DNA from: Candidatus Hatepunaea meridiana
GTDB lineage: Bacteria; Electryoneota; AABM5-125-24; Hatepunaeales; Hatepunaeaceae
DNA length: 64,000 bases
NCBI GenBank assembly: GCA_030765125.1
Contig: JAVCDD010000180.1
Location: forward strand, 7,033 to 71,032
Direction of reading: 5' to 3'
Shown: positions 1 through 12,000 of the stretch, in pieces
How positions within the stretch are numbered: the first letter of the stretch is position 1
Layout of the letters: every line of letters starts with the position of its first letter
Program-made: the position numbers and the translations under genes
The notes under the pieces: model-generated
Database searches by the model: none
Told to the model about the DNA's origin: nothing
What the model saw: only the letters and a program-made list of their open reading frames with translations

Positions 1-3000
1 ATACGGCGCGGGTCGGGATCTTCATCCAGTATTATATCCCCGATATCCTCAATGATTTCAGGTGGATCGTTGACCGGATTGATCACCAACCGGAAGTCCA
101 GATCGGTTGAAGCACCCGGTTCGTCGGTGGCTCGAATGGTAATTTCTACGCCGTCCGGGATATTGTAATTCGGTTCAGGTTCGAAATGCAGTACATTGAA
201 CTGGTCGACCTCCATATTCAACTCTTCTGGAGCGTCGATGACCGAAAAGTTCATTTCGTCTTCTTCTATATCGTAGAACACTTCGTCGAGGTCAGCCACG
301 TCAACCCGGTCAGGGTCTTCGTCAATCCTTATATTTTCAATCTGTTCGACAATCCGCGGTGCATCGTTGATGGCGTTAACGACGACTTCGAAGACGTCTT
401 CCGCCGTTTCTTCACCATCTGAAGCGGTGATCGTAACATCGACGTTCCCGTTCCAATCCGCTTCAGGCTGGACATAGAGCCTGCCCTGTACAATGCGAAT
501 ACTAAGCCCTTCAGCGTCGGACTCCTGGAACTCAAGATCGTCATCATCATCCGGGTCAACGAAGTGATCGTTCAGATCGGCAATTAGCCTTTCACCGTCG
601 TCCTCGTCAAATTCCTGATCGGGGATTTCCTCTACTAATATGGGTGGTTGATTTACGTGACCGACGGTAATATCAACCGTTGCGCGGGTCCTGCGACCTC
701 CCTGGTCACTTACTTCGAAGATCGGGCTGTATTCACCTTCATCATCAAGATCGGTCTGCCAGTTGAATGTGCCCGTGTTATCACCATTATCAGTGAATTC
801 CGCGCCGCGGTCTTCAGTTCCGTCGTCAACCAGCATTAACAGTTCCAGTTCGTCACCTTCAAACTCGATGTCAAAATCGTCAGCGGTCAGAGTGAATTCG
901 ATTTCATCGCCCTCATCAACATTTACCTCATCCAGCGGGTCAACCCAGAAGGGAGGGTCATTGACAGGGGTTATGGTAACCAGGAATACATCGTCAATGC
1001 TGTCATCACGGCGCGGGGAAGAAGAATTTTGGATTTTGGATTTTGAATGTTGAATGTCAGTAGCGTAAGCATTCCCGCTTGCGGAAACCATACACGCTGT
1101 TCGTAGCGCCGACGTCTTAACGGCATTACCGGAATTATAAGATGGTCTGAATACCATTAAGGCTCTACCGCCTTGATCATCGTCTGCTGTTACGGTTACT
1201 TCGAGATCATCACCGTTGAAATTCTCCGGAGCTTCCAACAGCAGCATATTATCATCGTCAATCTCTGCCGTAAGAGGTTCATCCGCTTCAACAGAGAATG
1301 ACAGATCATCGTCATCCGGGTCCTCGAATACCTCATCCAATACTGCGACTTCAAACTGACCGAAGTCCTCGGGTACACGCATATCCGCAATCGGGCTGAC
1401 TACCCGAGGTGGCTGGTTGATGTTGTTAACGGTGATATTAACCGTCAGATCATCGGTTCCATCATCTGTGTCGGTTACGCGGAAGACAGGGGTATAAGGA
1501 TCATCACGACTATCATCAGCGCCAGGCGTCCAGGTAAATTCTGCCGTGCCGTCGTCGTTATCAGCAAATTCCCATCCGTCAGGCAATTCACCTTCGTCGA
1601 ATACCGACCAGACCAGATCGTTGACATCATCTTCAACATCACTTGCCTGGAAGACGATATGGAGTTCTTCCTCTTCAGTAACATCAACGTCAATCTCATC
1701 GCCTAAAGCCTCGCCCTGATCGTCTTCGATAACAGGATCATCGTTAATCGAAAGGACGTTGATCGTGAATTCATCGGTAATTGATTCGTCTCTTCGAGGA
1801 GGAGAAGAATGTAGGATGAATTTTGAATGTTGAATGTTGAATGTTGAATGTTGATTATTGATTCGGGCGGCGATCATAATTCGCTGTCCCCAACTGTCCT
1901 CGGCTTCGATAATCACCTCTGATTCACCGAAGTAGTTCGGATCTGGTTCTACGGACAGGATGTGTGTTTCAATATCAATATTAGCGTTCAATTCTTGAAT
2001 CTCATTAGCTTCGATGATGTCAAACTCTAAATCATCACCATCCGGATCATCGAAAACATCGTCCAGGTCGGCGATTTCGATTACACCGGCGTCCTCGTCA
2101 ATATCTATATCGTCAATCGGATTTACAACTTCCGGAGGACGGTTGAAGTTGCCGACGGCGATGGTGATCTCCAGATCGACATCTTCCTCACCATCGGATA
2201 CCGTGAAGATTGGCGTATATTCACCTTCGTCTTCGAACGTTGTCTGCCAGGTAAAGCTTGCCGTACCGTGCTCGTTATCATTGAGTTCCGCTTCATCCGG
2301 CAGACCACCGCGGTCGCTGAATTCGATGGTCAGATCGTTGTTGTTGTCCACGTCATCCTGGGCAATAAGTTCGAAACGGGCAACGTTTCCTTCGTTTACC
2401 TCGTAACGATTGTCTTCAGGATAGCTCTCCCAGACCGGTGGATCGTTGAGCGGATTAACGGTAACAGTGAATTCATCGGATACGGTCTCGTCGCGGCGGG
2501 GTGGAGGGTTGAAATAGGGGGACAGTATACCTATTTCTGTTAATGGACCATCGTTCTTTTCAAGAGCACTCATGAAATAGGTATACTGTCCCCCTATTTC
2601 TGCGAGGCTTCGAGATGGCTGCACATTAACCATCAAACGCCCACCGTTCTCCTCATCATCTGCTGTCACGGTTACGATTAGATTCTCACCGTAAAAATCA
2701 TCCTCCGGTCTCAACGTCAGGATATTCTCATCGCTGATTTCCAGATTCAGTTCTTCAGTACCTTCCACCGAGAAAGTAAGATCGACGCCGTTCGGATCTA
2801 CGAAAATTTCATCCAGGTCGGCTACCTCCAACAGACCGGAATCTTCGTCGATTTCGACATCGTCAATCGGATTTACAACTTCGGGAGGATCGTTGATGGC
2901 TATGCCGGCGATATCAACCGTCAATTCAGCGTTGTCAGGATCGTTGGAGCTAATTGTTATTACGTCGCGGAACACACCGGCGTCTTCGGGAGCGAAGGTT

Positions 3001-6000
3001 ACAGTCAATTCATAGTTGTCTTCGGATTCAATAGTAAGTTCTTCGGCAAAGTCAAAACTGAAGTCCTCACCATCGGAAGTTATTTCGAATATTGTCAGGT
3101 CTCCATTGCCTTCGTTGCTTATGGTCAATATCAGTTCTTCGCTCTCGTGAATTGAAACGTTGCCAAAGTCCAGAACATTGGGGGATATGACAATTGCAGG
3201 ATGCGGGACAAAGTCTGTTACGTCAATGATTACCAAACCATTCTCACCGTCGGCGACGTATGCCATATCTCCCACGATCTGAACCCGTTTGGATAAGCCG
3301 TCTGTGTTATGGGCAGCAATCTCGCTCATATCTTCGGGGTCGGACACGTCGATAATTCCCAAGCCTTCCTCCCCGTCACAAACAAAGGCACTATTGCCTC
3401 GTACATCGATGCCCGTCGCTTCACCTTCGGTATCAAACGAGCCGACTTCAGCCGGATTTTCAGGATCGGATACATCGACCACAATAAGTCCATCATTCCA
3501 TTGTGCTACATAGGCGTAATCCCCGACGATAACGACATCCCAGGCTTGACCCGGAGTATCAAAGGATCCAATCTCATCCGGGTCCTCAGGATTGGAAACA
3601 TCGATAATACGAAGACCGCCTCCAGCAGCAGCTAAATATGCATAGTTCCCGTTAACGTCGACGCCTCGTGAATTACCCGGTGTTTCGACTGTGCTGATTT
3701 CATCAGGGTTCTCAGGGTCGGAAATGTCAATTATACTAAGTGCACTACTCCCTTGGCTCTCATCTGCTACATAGGCATAATCGCCCTCAACGCAGACATC
3801 CCAGGCATACATTTGCCACCTTTCGAGTGCGCCAACCTCTTCAGGGTTCTCAGGATCGGAAATATCGATTATGCGAAGCCCACTTCCGAAGTCCGCTACA
3901 TAAGCATAGTTTCCGATTACGAAGACCGCGCGAGATGTCCCTGGAGTATTGTAGAATCCGATTTCATCTGGGTTCTCCGGATCGGTTACGTCGATCATGC
4001 GAAGACCGCTGTTTCCATCTGCAACATATGCAAAGTCGTTTACAACAAAAATCCCCTGGGCATCTCCCGGTGTGTCGTAGGAGCCTACCTCGTCAATCTG
4101 CGGCTCCCGTCCTGTGCCGGTCAGGTCAACGGTCAGTTCATCGTTATTGGGATCGTCAGATGAAATGGTCATTGTGGCGGTGAAATCACCGGTTTCTTCA
4201 GGTATAAAGGAAACGATTAACTCGAAACTGCCTTCCGGTTCGATAACTAACTCGTCCTCGAAGTTGCTGCTGAAATAATTTTCATCAATTGAAATATCGG
4301 ATACGGTCAGGTCGGCGTTGCCTTCGTTGCCAATAGTGAGAATCAGATCACTCCGCTGGTGGACTGCCACTCCGCCGAAGTCCAGTGATGCCGGTGTTAC
4401 AGTAATACCTGCTTCCGGTTCTTGATGGAAGTAAAAAGCGCCCATATCCGCCTGTGTTTCATCAGGATCGTCCGGCGCGTCCGGATCACCGGAGTCGATG
4501 CAGGGGCTGTTGCGGGTCAGGGAATAATCATCATTGTCTATGTCCGCGAACAATGGATCGGAATCAATGTTCCCCGCTCCGGCGTATCCACCTTGAATAT
4601 CGGAGTAGGCGATGGTTAAACCAGCAGGAGTAGCTCCCGGTTGGTTACCCCAGAAGATCGAGTTCACGATTTGAGCGGAGGAGTTATCATAAGTATGAAT
4701 TCCACCATTGCCGGTCTCGCCGATGTTGCCGGTTATAGTTACGTTTATCAAAGTGGGATCGCTGTCGTGTGTGCTGTAGATAGCTCCACCCCAACGACGG
4801 GCGTTATTGCCCTGTATCAACAGATGATCCAGCGTCGGGGCAGCGTCATTGATGTATATTCCTCCGCCGTAGTTGGAATTTCCATTGCGGATAGTGAAGC
4901 CCATCAAGACCGCATCTACTCCAATTCCATCGCGCAAAGTAACCACACTGCCACCGGCGTTGCCGTCTATGATGGTCGATTCTATATAAGCCTGATCGCC
5001 GGTAGTCAATAACAGGCTGGCAACGACTATCTCCTTACCAATGAAGTTGATGCGTTCAGAATAGGTTCCGGAATGAACAAGCACGGTGTCACCGTTCTCG
5101 ACGGCGTTGATAGCCGCCTGGATGGTTCCATAGTCATCCGGGACGTTGAACAGATGCCTGCCGGGGATACCAATTCCGGTCAGTTCGATGGTGGTTACCC
5201 TTTCGTCAGGATCGTCCGAAATGAGGGTCATAAAGGCTTCAAAATCACCGATGTCGTCAGGTGTGAAGGTAACAGGCAGAGACGCCTGCCCTTCCGGTTG
5301 GATGACAATGGCGTTCTCGAAAGTCGGTACGAATGTCTCCGATCCGCGGATGGTAACTTCCGAGACGGTAAGATCGGCGGCGCCCTCGTTGCGGATAGTC
5401 AGGATCAGTTCTTCGCTGTCATCTATACTGACCTCGCCGAATTCCAGGATTTCCGGCTCAACGGCAATATCCGGAGCCACACCTGAACCGGTCAAGGTGA
5501 TTGTTATTTCATCCTCTTCAGGGTCGTTGGATGCTATGGTTATTATTCCCTCAAAATCGGCGACAGCATCCGGTGAGAAGGTGACGATCAGGTCGGTGTT
5601 GTCGTCGGGTTCAATATTGATTGCATCTTCAAAATCACTGTTGAAGTTGTCACCTTCAATTGTCACTTCGGATACGGTAAGAGGACCTTCGCCTTCGTTG
5701 CCGATGGTTAAATTCATCCGGGCATTATCATCGATTACAACTTCACCGAAGTCAAGATTGTACGTTGAAACTGTAATTGCCGGGTGCGGCATAAAGTCGG
5801 TCACGTTCAGGATGCGCAGTCCGCTGGCTCCATCAGCAACATAAGCGTGAGTTCCGATCACTGAAACATCGTAAGCCTCGTCAGGCGTGTTATAAGATGC
5901 GGTTTCACCAATATTTCCCAAGTCGGAAATGTCTATTACCTGCAGTCCACTCTCCATATCCGCAACGTAGGCGAATCTTCCCAAAACCGTTACGGCAACG

Positions 6001-9000
6001 GCGCGATCTGGCGTGTCAAGTTCACCGAGTTCTTCAATATTTTCGGGGTCGGATATATCGAGGATATGTAAACCACTCTCGTTGTCTGTAACGTAGGCGA
6101 TAGATTCGATGATGAATATTTCCGTTGCAATGTCGGGAGTATCGTAGCGTCCCGTTTCTTCGATATTCTCAGGATCGGAAATGTTCAATACTAACAATCC
6201 ATTAGCGCCGTCTGCTACGTAAGCATATTCACCAATGACTGTTACAGCGTGCGCCAATCCCTCTGTATTAAAGGATCCAACCTCGCTCGGATGCGCCCTG
6301 TTTGATATATTGACCACCCTCAGACCGCTCTCCATATCTGCTATATAAGCGATTGTGCCGACAACAGCGACATCAACGGCATTTCCGGGAGTGTCGAATT
6401 CACCTGTTGGATTGGGGTCTCCGGGATCAAAGACGTCTATGACTTGTAAGCCGTTTTCATCGGCGGCTACGAAAGCGTAGTCTTCCGACACAACAACGCT
6501 CATTGCGGTTCCGATATCACCGGCTGATGCGACCTCGTCAGGGTTCTCAGGGTCGGTTATGTCTATTACTCTTAAGCCTCCGTCACCATCTGCAACGAAA
6601 GCGAAATCTTCTATGACGGTAACTCCGTAAGCTGTTCCATCGGTGTCATAGTTTCCTACTTCGTCGATGTCCGGTTCGCGTCCGGCGCCGGATAACTGAA
6701 CAATTATTTCACCGTTTTCGGGATCGTTTGAGGTGATGGTTAATGTGCCTTCGAAATCACCTGCTTCTTGGGGGGCGAAGGTGACAGACAGGAATGTCTG
6801 TCCTACCGGGTCGATGACAATGGGGTCTTCGAAGCTGCTACTGAACCAGACTCCTTCAACGGTTACATCGGATACGGTTAAAGGACCGTCGCCTTCGTTG
6901 CTGATGGTGAGTCTTTGATCAATACTGCGTTCTATCTGTATAGCGCCGAAGTCCAGTTGTTCCGGTTCAACGACTATTATTGGAACTACGCCTGTGCCGG
7001 TTAATGCTATGGCTATTACCTCTTCATCCGGATCATCAGAGGATATGGTCAGTGTTGCTTCAAAATCACCTGATTCCTGTGGAGCGAAAGTAACGGTCAG
7101 ATCGAATTCCTCATCCGGTTGGATGACGAACGCTTCGTCGAAGTCGCTGCTGAAGTAATTCCCTTCAATTGCGATGTCAGAGACGTTCAATTCAACCAAA
7201 CCATCATTGCTTAATGTAAGCGTCAGATCAGCGCTCTCGCCTCCTGACACCTGACCGAAGTTCAATTCATTCGGATTAACCATTAGATTCGGTTCTTGCG
7301 CCTGGTGGTAGTAGAGTGCGCCCATATCGGCGCGGGTTTCGTCCGGGTCTTGATCGGCGTTGGGATCACCGGTGTCGACGCAGGGGCTGTTGCGCAAGAT
7401 TTGGTAGTCGCTGTTGTCTGCATCGGCAAATAAGGGATCTTCCTCGATGTTGCCTGCACCGGCATAGCTGCCTTCAATATCTGAGAAGGTGATCGTCATA
7501 CCGTTCTGCAGATCAGGCGGTTCGTTGCCCCATATAATAGAATTAATCACCTGAGCACTCGCTCCACCGCCGCCGATGCCAATAGCAGCGTTGTCGCTGT
7601 TTGCAGTGTTACCGGAGATGGTTACGTTGACGAGAATGGGAATGGAACCGCTGGTGGCGTATAGCCCACCGCCGCGTCCACTGGCGACGTTGTCGACTAT
7701 AGCGAGGTGATCGAGCGTGGGCGTGGTCTGATCGCCGTTGCAATAGATACCACCGCCCCAATCGGTGTCGGCATTTCTAACGGTAAAGCCGGTCAGGATT
7801 GCCGCTTCCGTTTCACCGTTGCGGAAGACGACCGTACTCCTGCCGTTTGCGCCGCCGTCAATTATGGTCGATTCGATGTATTCAGCCTCACCTGTGGTCA
7901 GGTACAGACTGCCGACGGTTACGTCTATGCCGTTGAAGTTGACGTTCTCTTCGTAGGTGCCGGGTTGAACCAGCACGATGTCACCGGCTATGGATACGTC
8001 GATTGCTTCCTGGATGGTTTCATAGTCATCCGGCACGTTGACGGTGCGCGCTTCGGTCTCTATACCGGTGCCACTCAAATCAACGGTTACTTCTCCTTCA
8101 TCGGGATCGTCGCTGGTTATGGTCAATACAGCTTGCAGATCGCCTGTTTCACCGGGCAAGAAGGTTACATTAACTTCAGAACTTTCGTCCGGTTGGATGA
8201 CAATGGGGTTTAAAAAGTCGCTGCTGTAGTAGGCGCCTGCAATCGTTATATCGGAGACGGTCAGTTCGATATTGCCTTCGTTAGAGATAGTTATGGCTAA
8301 CTGGGACGACCTGCCCATTTCAGTTTCAGGGAAGGCGAGGGCTTCGGGATCAACGGCGATGTCAGGTGTAAGTCCCGATCCGGTTAAGGGGATGTTTATC
8401 TCACCCTCATCGGGATCATTGGACGTTATGGTCAGCGTTCCTTCGAAATCACCGGTTTCATTCGGCTGGAAGTTTACGTTGAACTGCCGGTTGCCGTCCG
8501 GTGCAATTACGAATTCCTCCTCAAAGTCCGAGGAGAAATATTGACCTTCGATGGAAATATCCGAAACAGTAAGATCGGAATTTCCATCATTGGTGATTAT
8601 CAATGGCAGAGTGGATATTTGTCCCACCAGGCAGTCGCCAAATGGGAAGGAATTGCGGTTAACGGTAATATCCGGCGCCACGCCTGAACCGCTTAGCGCA
8701 ACCTCAACCTCCGGATCGTCCGGATCATCGGAAAGTATAGTCAGGGTTGCATCAAAATCGTTCACCTCTTCCGGCGCGAACGTAACGGTCAGCTCAAAGT
8801 CCTCAAACGGTTGGATGACGATTTCTTCATCAAAATCGGTCAGGAATGTCTGCGCTCCCCGGATTGAAATATCCGAAATGGTCAATTCCCAGTTGCCATC
8901 GTTGCTGATGGTTAACGTCAGGTCTTCAGTTTCACCGGTTACAACCTCACCGAAGTCGAACGCTTCGTCTGAAAGGGTGATTTCGGGGTATTGGACGAAG

Positions 9001-12000
9001 TCGGAGACGTCGAGGATTAATAAACCGTTATTCCCATCAGCCACATATGCATAGTTTCCTACAACAGAAACATCCCAAGAATGTTGAGTTCGGTGATTAC
9101 CAACCTCATCAGGATTCTCAGGATCTGAAACATCTATTAAACGTAGACTGCTTTGACCGGCGGGAGTAAAGCATGCAACATAAGCTATGTTACCTACAAC
9201 AGTTAAGTCTCGAGCATAATCACGTGTATCTTGAGATCCAACTTCGACCAATTCATCTGGGTTAGAAATATCAATAATTCTTAGACCTTCTGTATAATCT
9301 GCTACATAAGCATAGTTTTCTATGACTGAAACACCCAGAGCTGCACCTGGAGTATCATATATTCCTAATCCTCCAAGGTTACGAGCATTAATCAATATTA
9401 AACCTGTCTGATTATCTGCAACATAAGCGATCTCATCAACTATCACAACATCCCGTGCGATTTGCGGCGTGTTAAATGAACCGGTTAATCTTGGATCTTC
9501 AGGGTCGGATATGTTAATAGCTTGCAAACCGCTACGTCCATCAGCTATGTAAACATAATCTCCGCTGACCGCAATACCTTCTGCCCAATCAGGAGTATCA
9601 CAGCTTCCTATTTCATCAGGTTCCTCAGGATTAGACACATCAATAATACGGAGACCGCTCTCGTAATCCGCTACAAATGCCAAATTATCCGAAACCACCA
9701 CATCATAGGCATTTCCTGGAGTTTCACAGAAACCTATCTCATCTGGATTCTCTGGATCAGAGATATCTATTATCCGTAGACCCCCTGCATTATCTGCTAA
9801 ATAGGCAATATCCCCGACAATATCTATACCAAATGTTACACCATTAGTATTATAATGCCCCACTTCCGGTATCGCCGGTTCCCTGCCGACTCCCACCAAT
9901 GCAACATCCACTTCCCCATTATCCGGGTCGTCGGAAGTTATGGTCAGTGTCCCCTCGAAGTTGTTCTCGCTGTCCGGTGTGAACCGAACGGGTAGTTCGA
10001 AGGTGGCGTCCGGTTCGACGATCATCTCTTCATCGATATCCTCAAAGATACTGCTGAAGTTGTCGTGTCCGATTGATATATCGGATATGGTCAGGTCGCC
10101 GTCACCGTCGTTGCCGATGGTCAGGATGAGCTCGACGGTCTGGTCGATTACGACCTCGCCGAAGTTCAGCGATTCGGGATCATGCGTGAGGATAGGCGCA
10201 ACGCCCAGTCCGCTTAAGTTCACATCCAATTCTCCATTATCCGGATCATCGGATGTTATGGTCAGCGTTGCCTGCAGGTCTCCGGTCGCGTCAGGTGCAA
10301 AGGTTACGGTCAGTTCATAGGGCTCGTCCGGTTCGATGACGACCTCACCGTCGAAGTCGCTGGTGAAGTAGTCACCCGCGATTGATATGTCGGAAACGGT
10401 CAGAGGCGCGCGTCCCTCGTTGTTATCAATAGTGAGAATCATATCTGTCTCGTGACCGACTACCGTGTTGGGGAAGACAAGCTCTGCCGGTGTTACAGCG
10501 ATAACGGGAGCCGCTTCCTGGAAGAAGTAGAGGGCGCCCATATCGGCGCGCGTGGTGTCGGGGTCTTCGGGAGCGTCGGGATCGGCTGCGTCAACGCAGG
10601 GGCTGTCCTCAGTGATGTAGAAGTCGTTGTTGTCTGTGTCAGCGAAAATGGGATCGGAATCAAGGTTGTCTACTCCAGCGTAACCGCCCTCGATGTCGCA
10701 GTATGCAACGGTCAATCCGTTCGGCATTCCGGCGGGTTGGTTGCCCCAGACGATTGAGTTTCCGATAGTGGCTGAGGCGCCTGCAAAGATATTAATAGCG
10801 CCGACCTCTTCGTTTGCCGTGTTGCCGTAAAGGGTTATAAAGTTCAGATCAGGATTGGCGTTGTTGGTGGCGTAGATACCTCCACCGCGGCTGGTGGAGC
10901 TGTTTCCGTAGATTACCAGATGATCCAGCGTCGGGCTCGCGTCGTTGATATAGAGCCCACCGCCGAAGTCGGTTGAGCCGTTGCGAATGGTGAAGCCTAT
11001 CAGTTCCGCTTCGTCTGTCTCACCGTTGCGGAAGGCGACTACACTACGCCCGTTGTCGCCGCCGTCGATTATGGTTGAGGCTATGTCATCCGGATCGTCG
11101 CTCTCGATATATTGGCTGGCAACCGTGATGTTTTTGCCGCGGAAATTGATGTTCTCATTATAAACACCGGGGTCGACCAGAACGCGGTCGATGTCAATGG
11201 CTTCGTCAATGGCTGCCTGGATGGTCTCGAAGTCATCAGGGACGTTGTATTCGCGGGGCTGTGCTTCGATGCCGGTTCCTGACAGGGCAACAGCAAGCTC
11301 ACCGTTGTCGGGATCGTCTGAGGTGATGGTCATAGTGGCTTCGTGGTCACCGGTCTCGGTGGGGGAGAAAACGACAGACAGGAATGTCTGTCCTACCGGT
11401 TCTATGATTATTTCGTCTGTAAAGTCGCTGCTGAAATAATCCCCTTCAAAGGTTACGTCTGTAATGTACAGGTCTGTATCGCCGGTGTTGCTGATGGTTA
11501 TGACAGACAAGGATGTCCGTCCCACCTCAGTATCAGGGAATCCAATGGCTTCGGGGTCTATGGTGATTTCGGGGTATTCTACGATGCCGCCGGTAACTTC
11601 GGAACAGTTGAAGATGTAAAGCCCTTCATCCTCATCGGTGATATAGGCGTAATTGCCGGATACATACAAGCCGATAGCGTAGCCTGGAGTGTCGTGGAAA
11701 CCAATCTCTTCCGGTTCGGCAGGGTTTGAAACGTCTATCAAGCGCAATCCCTCGTCACCATCGGCAACATAAGCGAAATCATGCGCGACAAAGACGCTTT
11801 CGGATGAGCCGGGAGTGTTTACAAAGCCGACCTCTTCCGGTTCTGCGGGGTTTGATACGTTTATAATGCGAAGTCCACTGCCTGAAGCGGCGACATAAGC
11901 ATAGTCACCGGCTGCGAAAACTCCATAGGCACGACTCGGCATTTCGAGATTGCTCACTTCATCCGGATTTTCCGGGTCGGACACGTCGATTATGCGCAGT

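Larger units (their letters stand above)
1..2905 (-). other. Cadherin-like / bacterial Ig modules ending in (V/I)NDPP or NDAP, C-terminal part of the giant ORF
   Basis: Translation gives INDPPEVVNPIDDVEIDEDSG..., TVNPLNDPPVWESYPEDN..., LSINDDPVIEDDQGE..., ITPVNDPPFWVDPLDE..., VNAINDAPRIVEQIEN..., VINPVNDPPEIIEDIGD. The pattern is typical of cadherin-like tandem domains. Confidence 0.6.
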
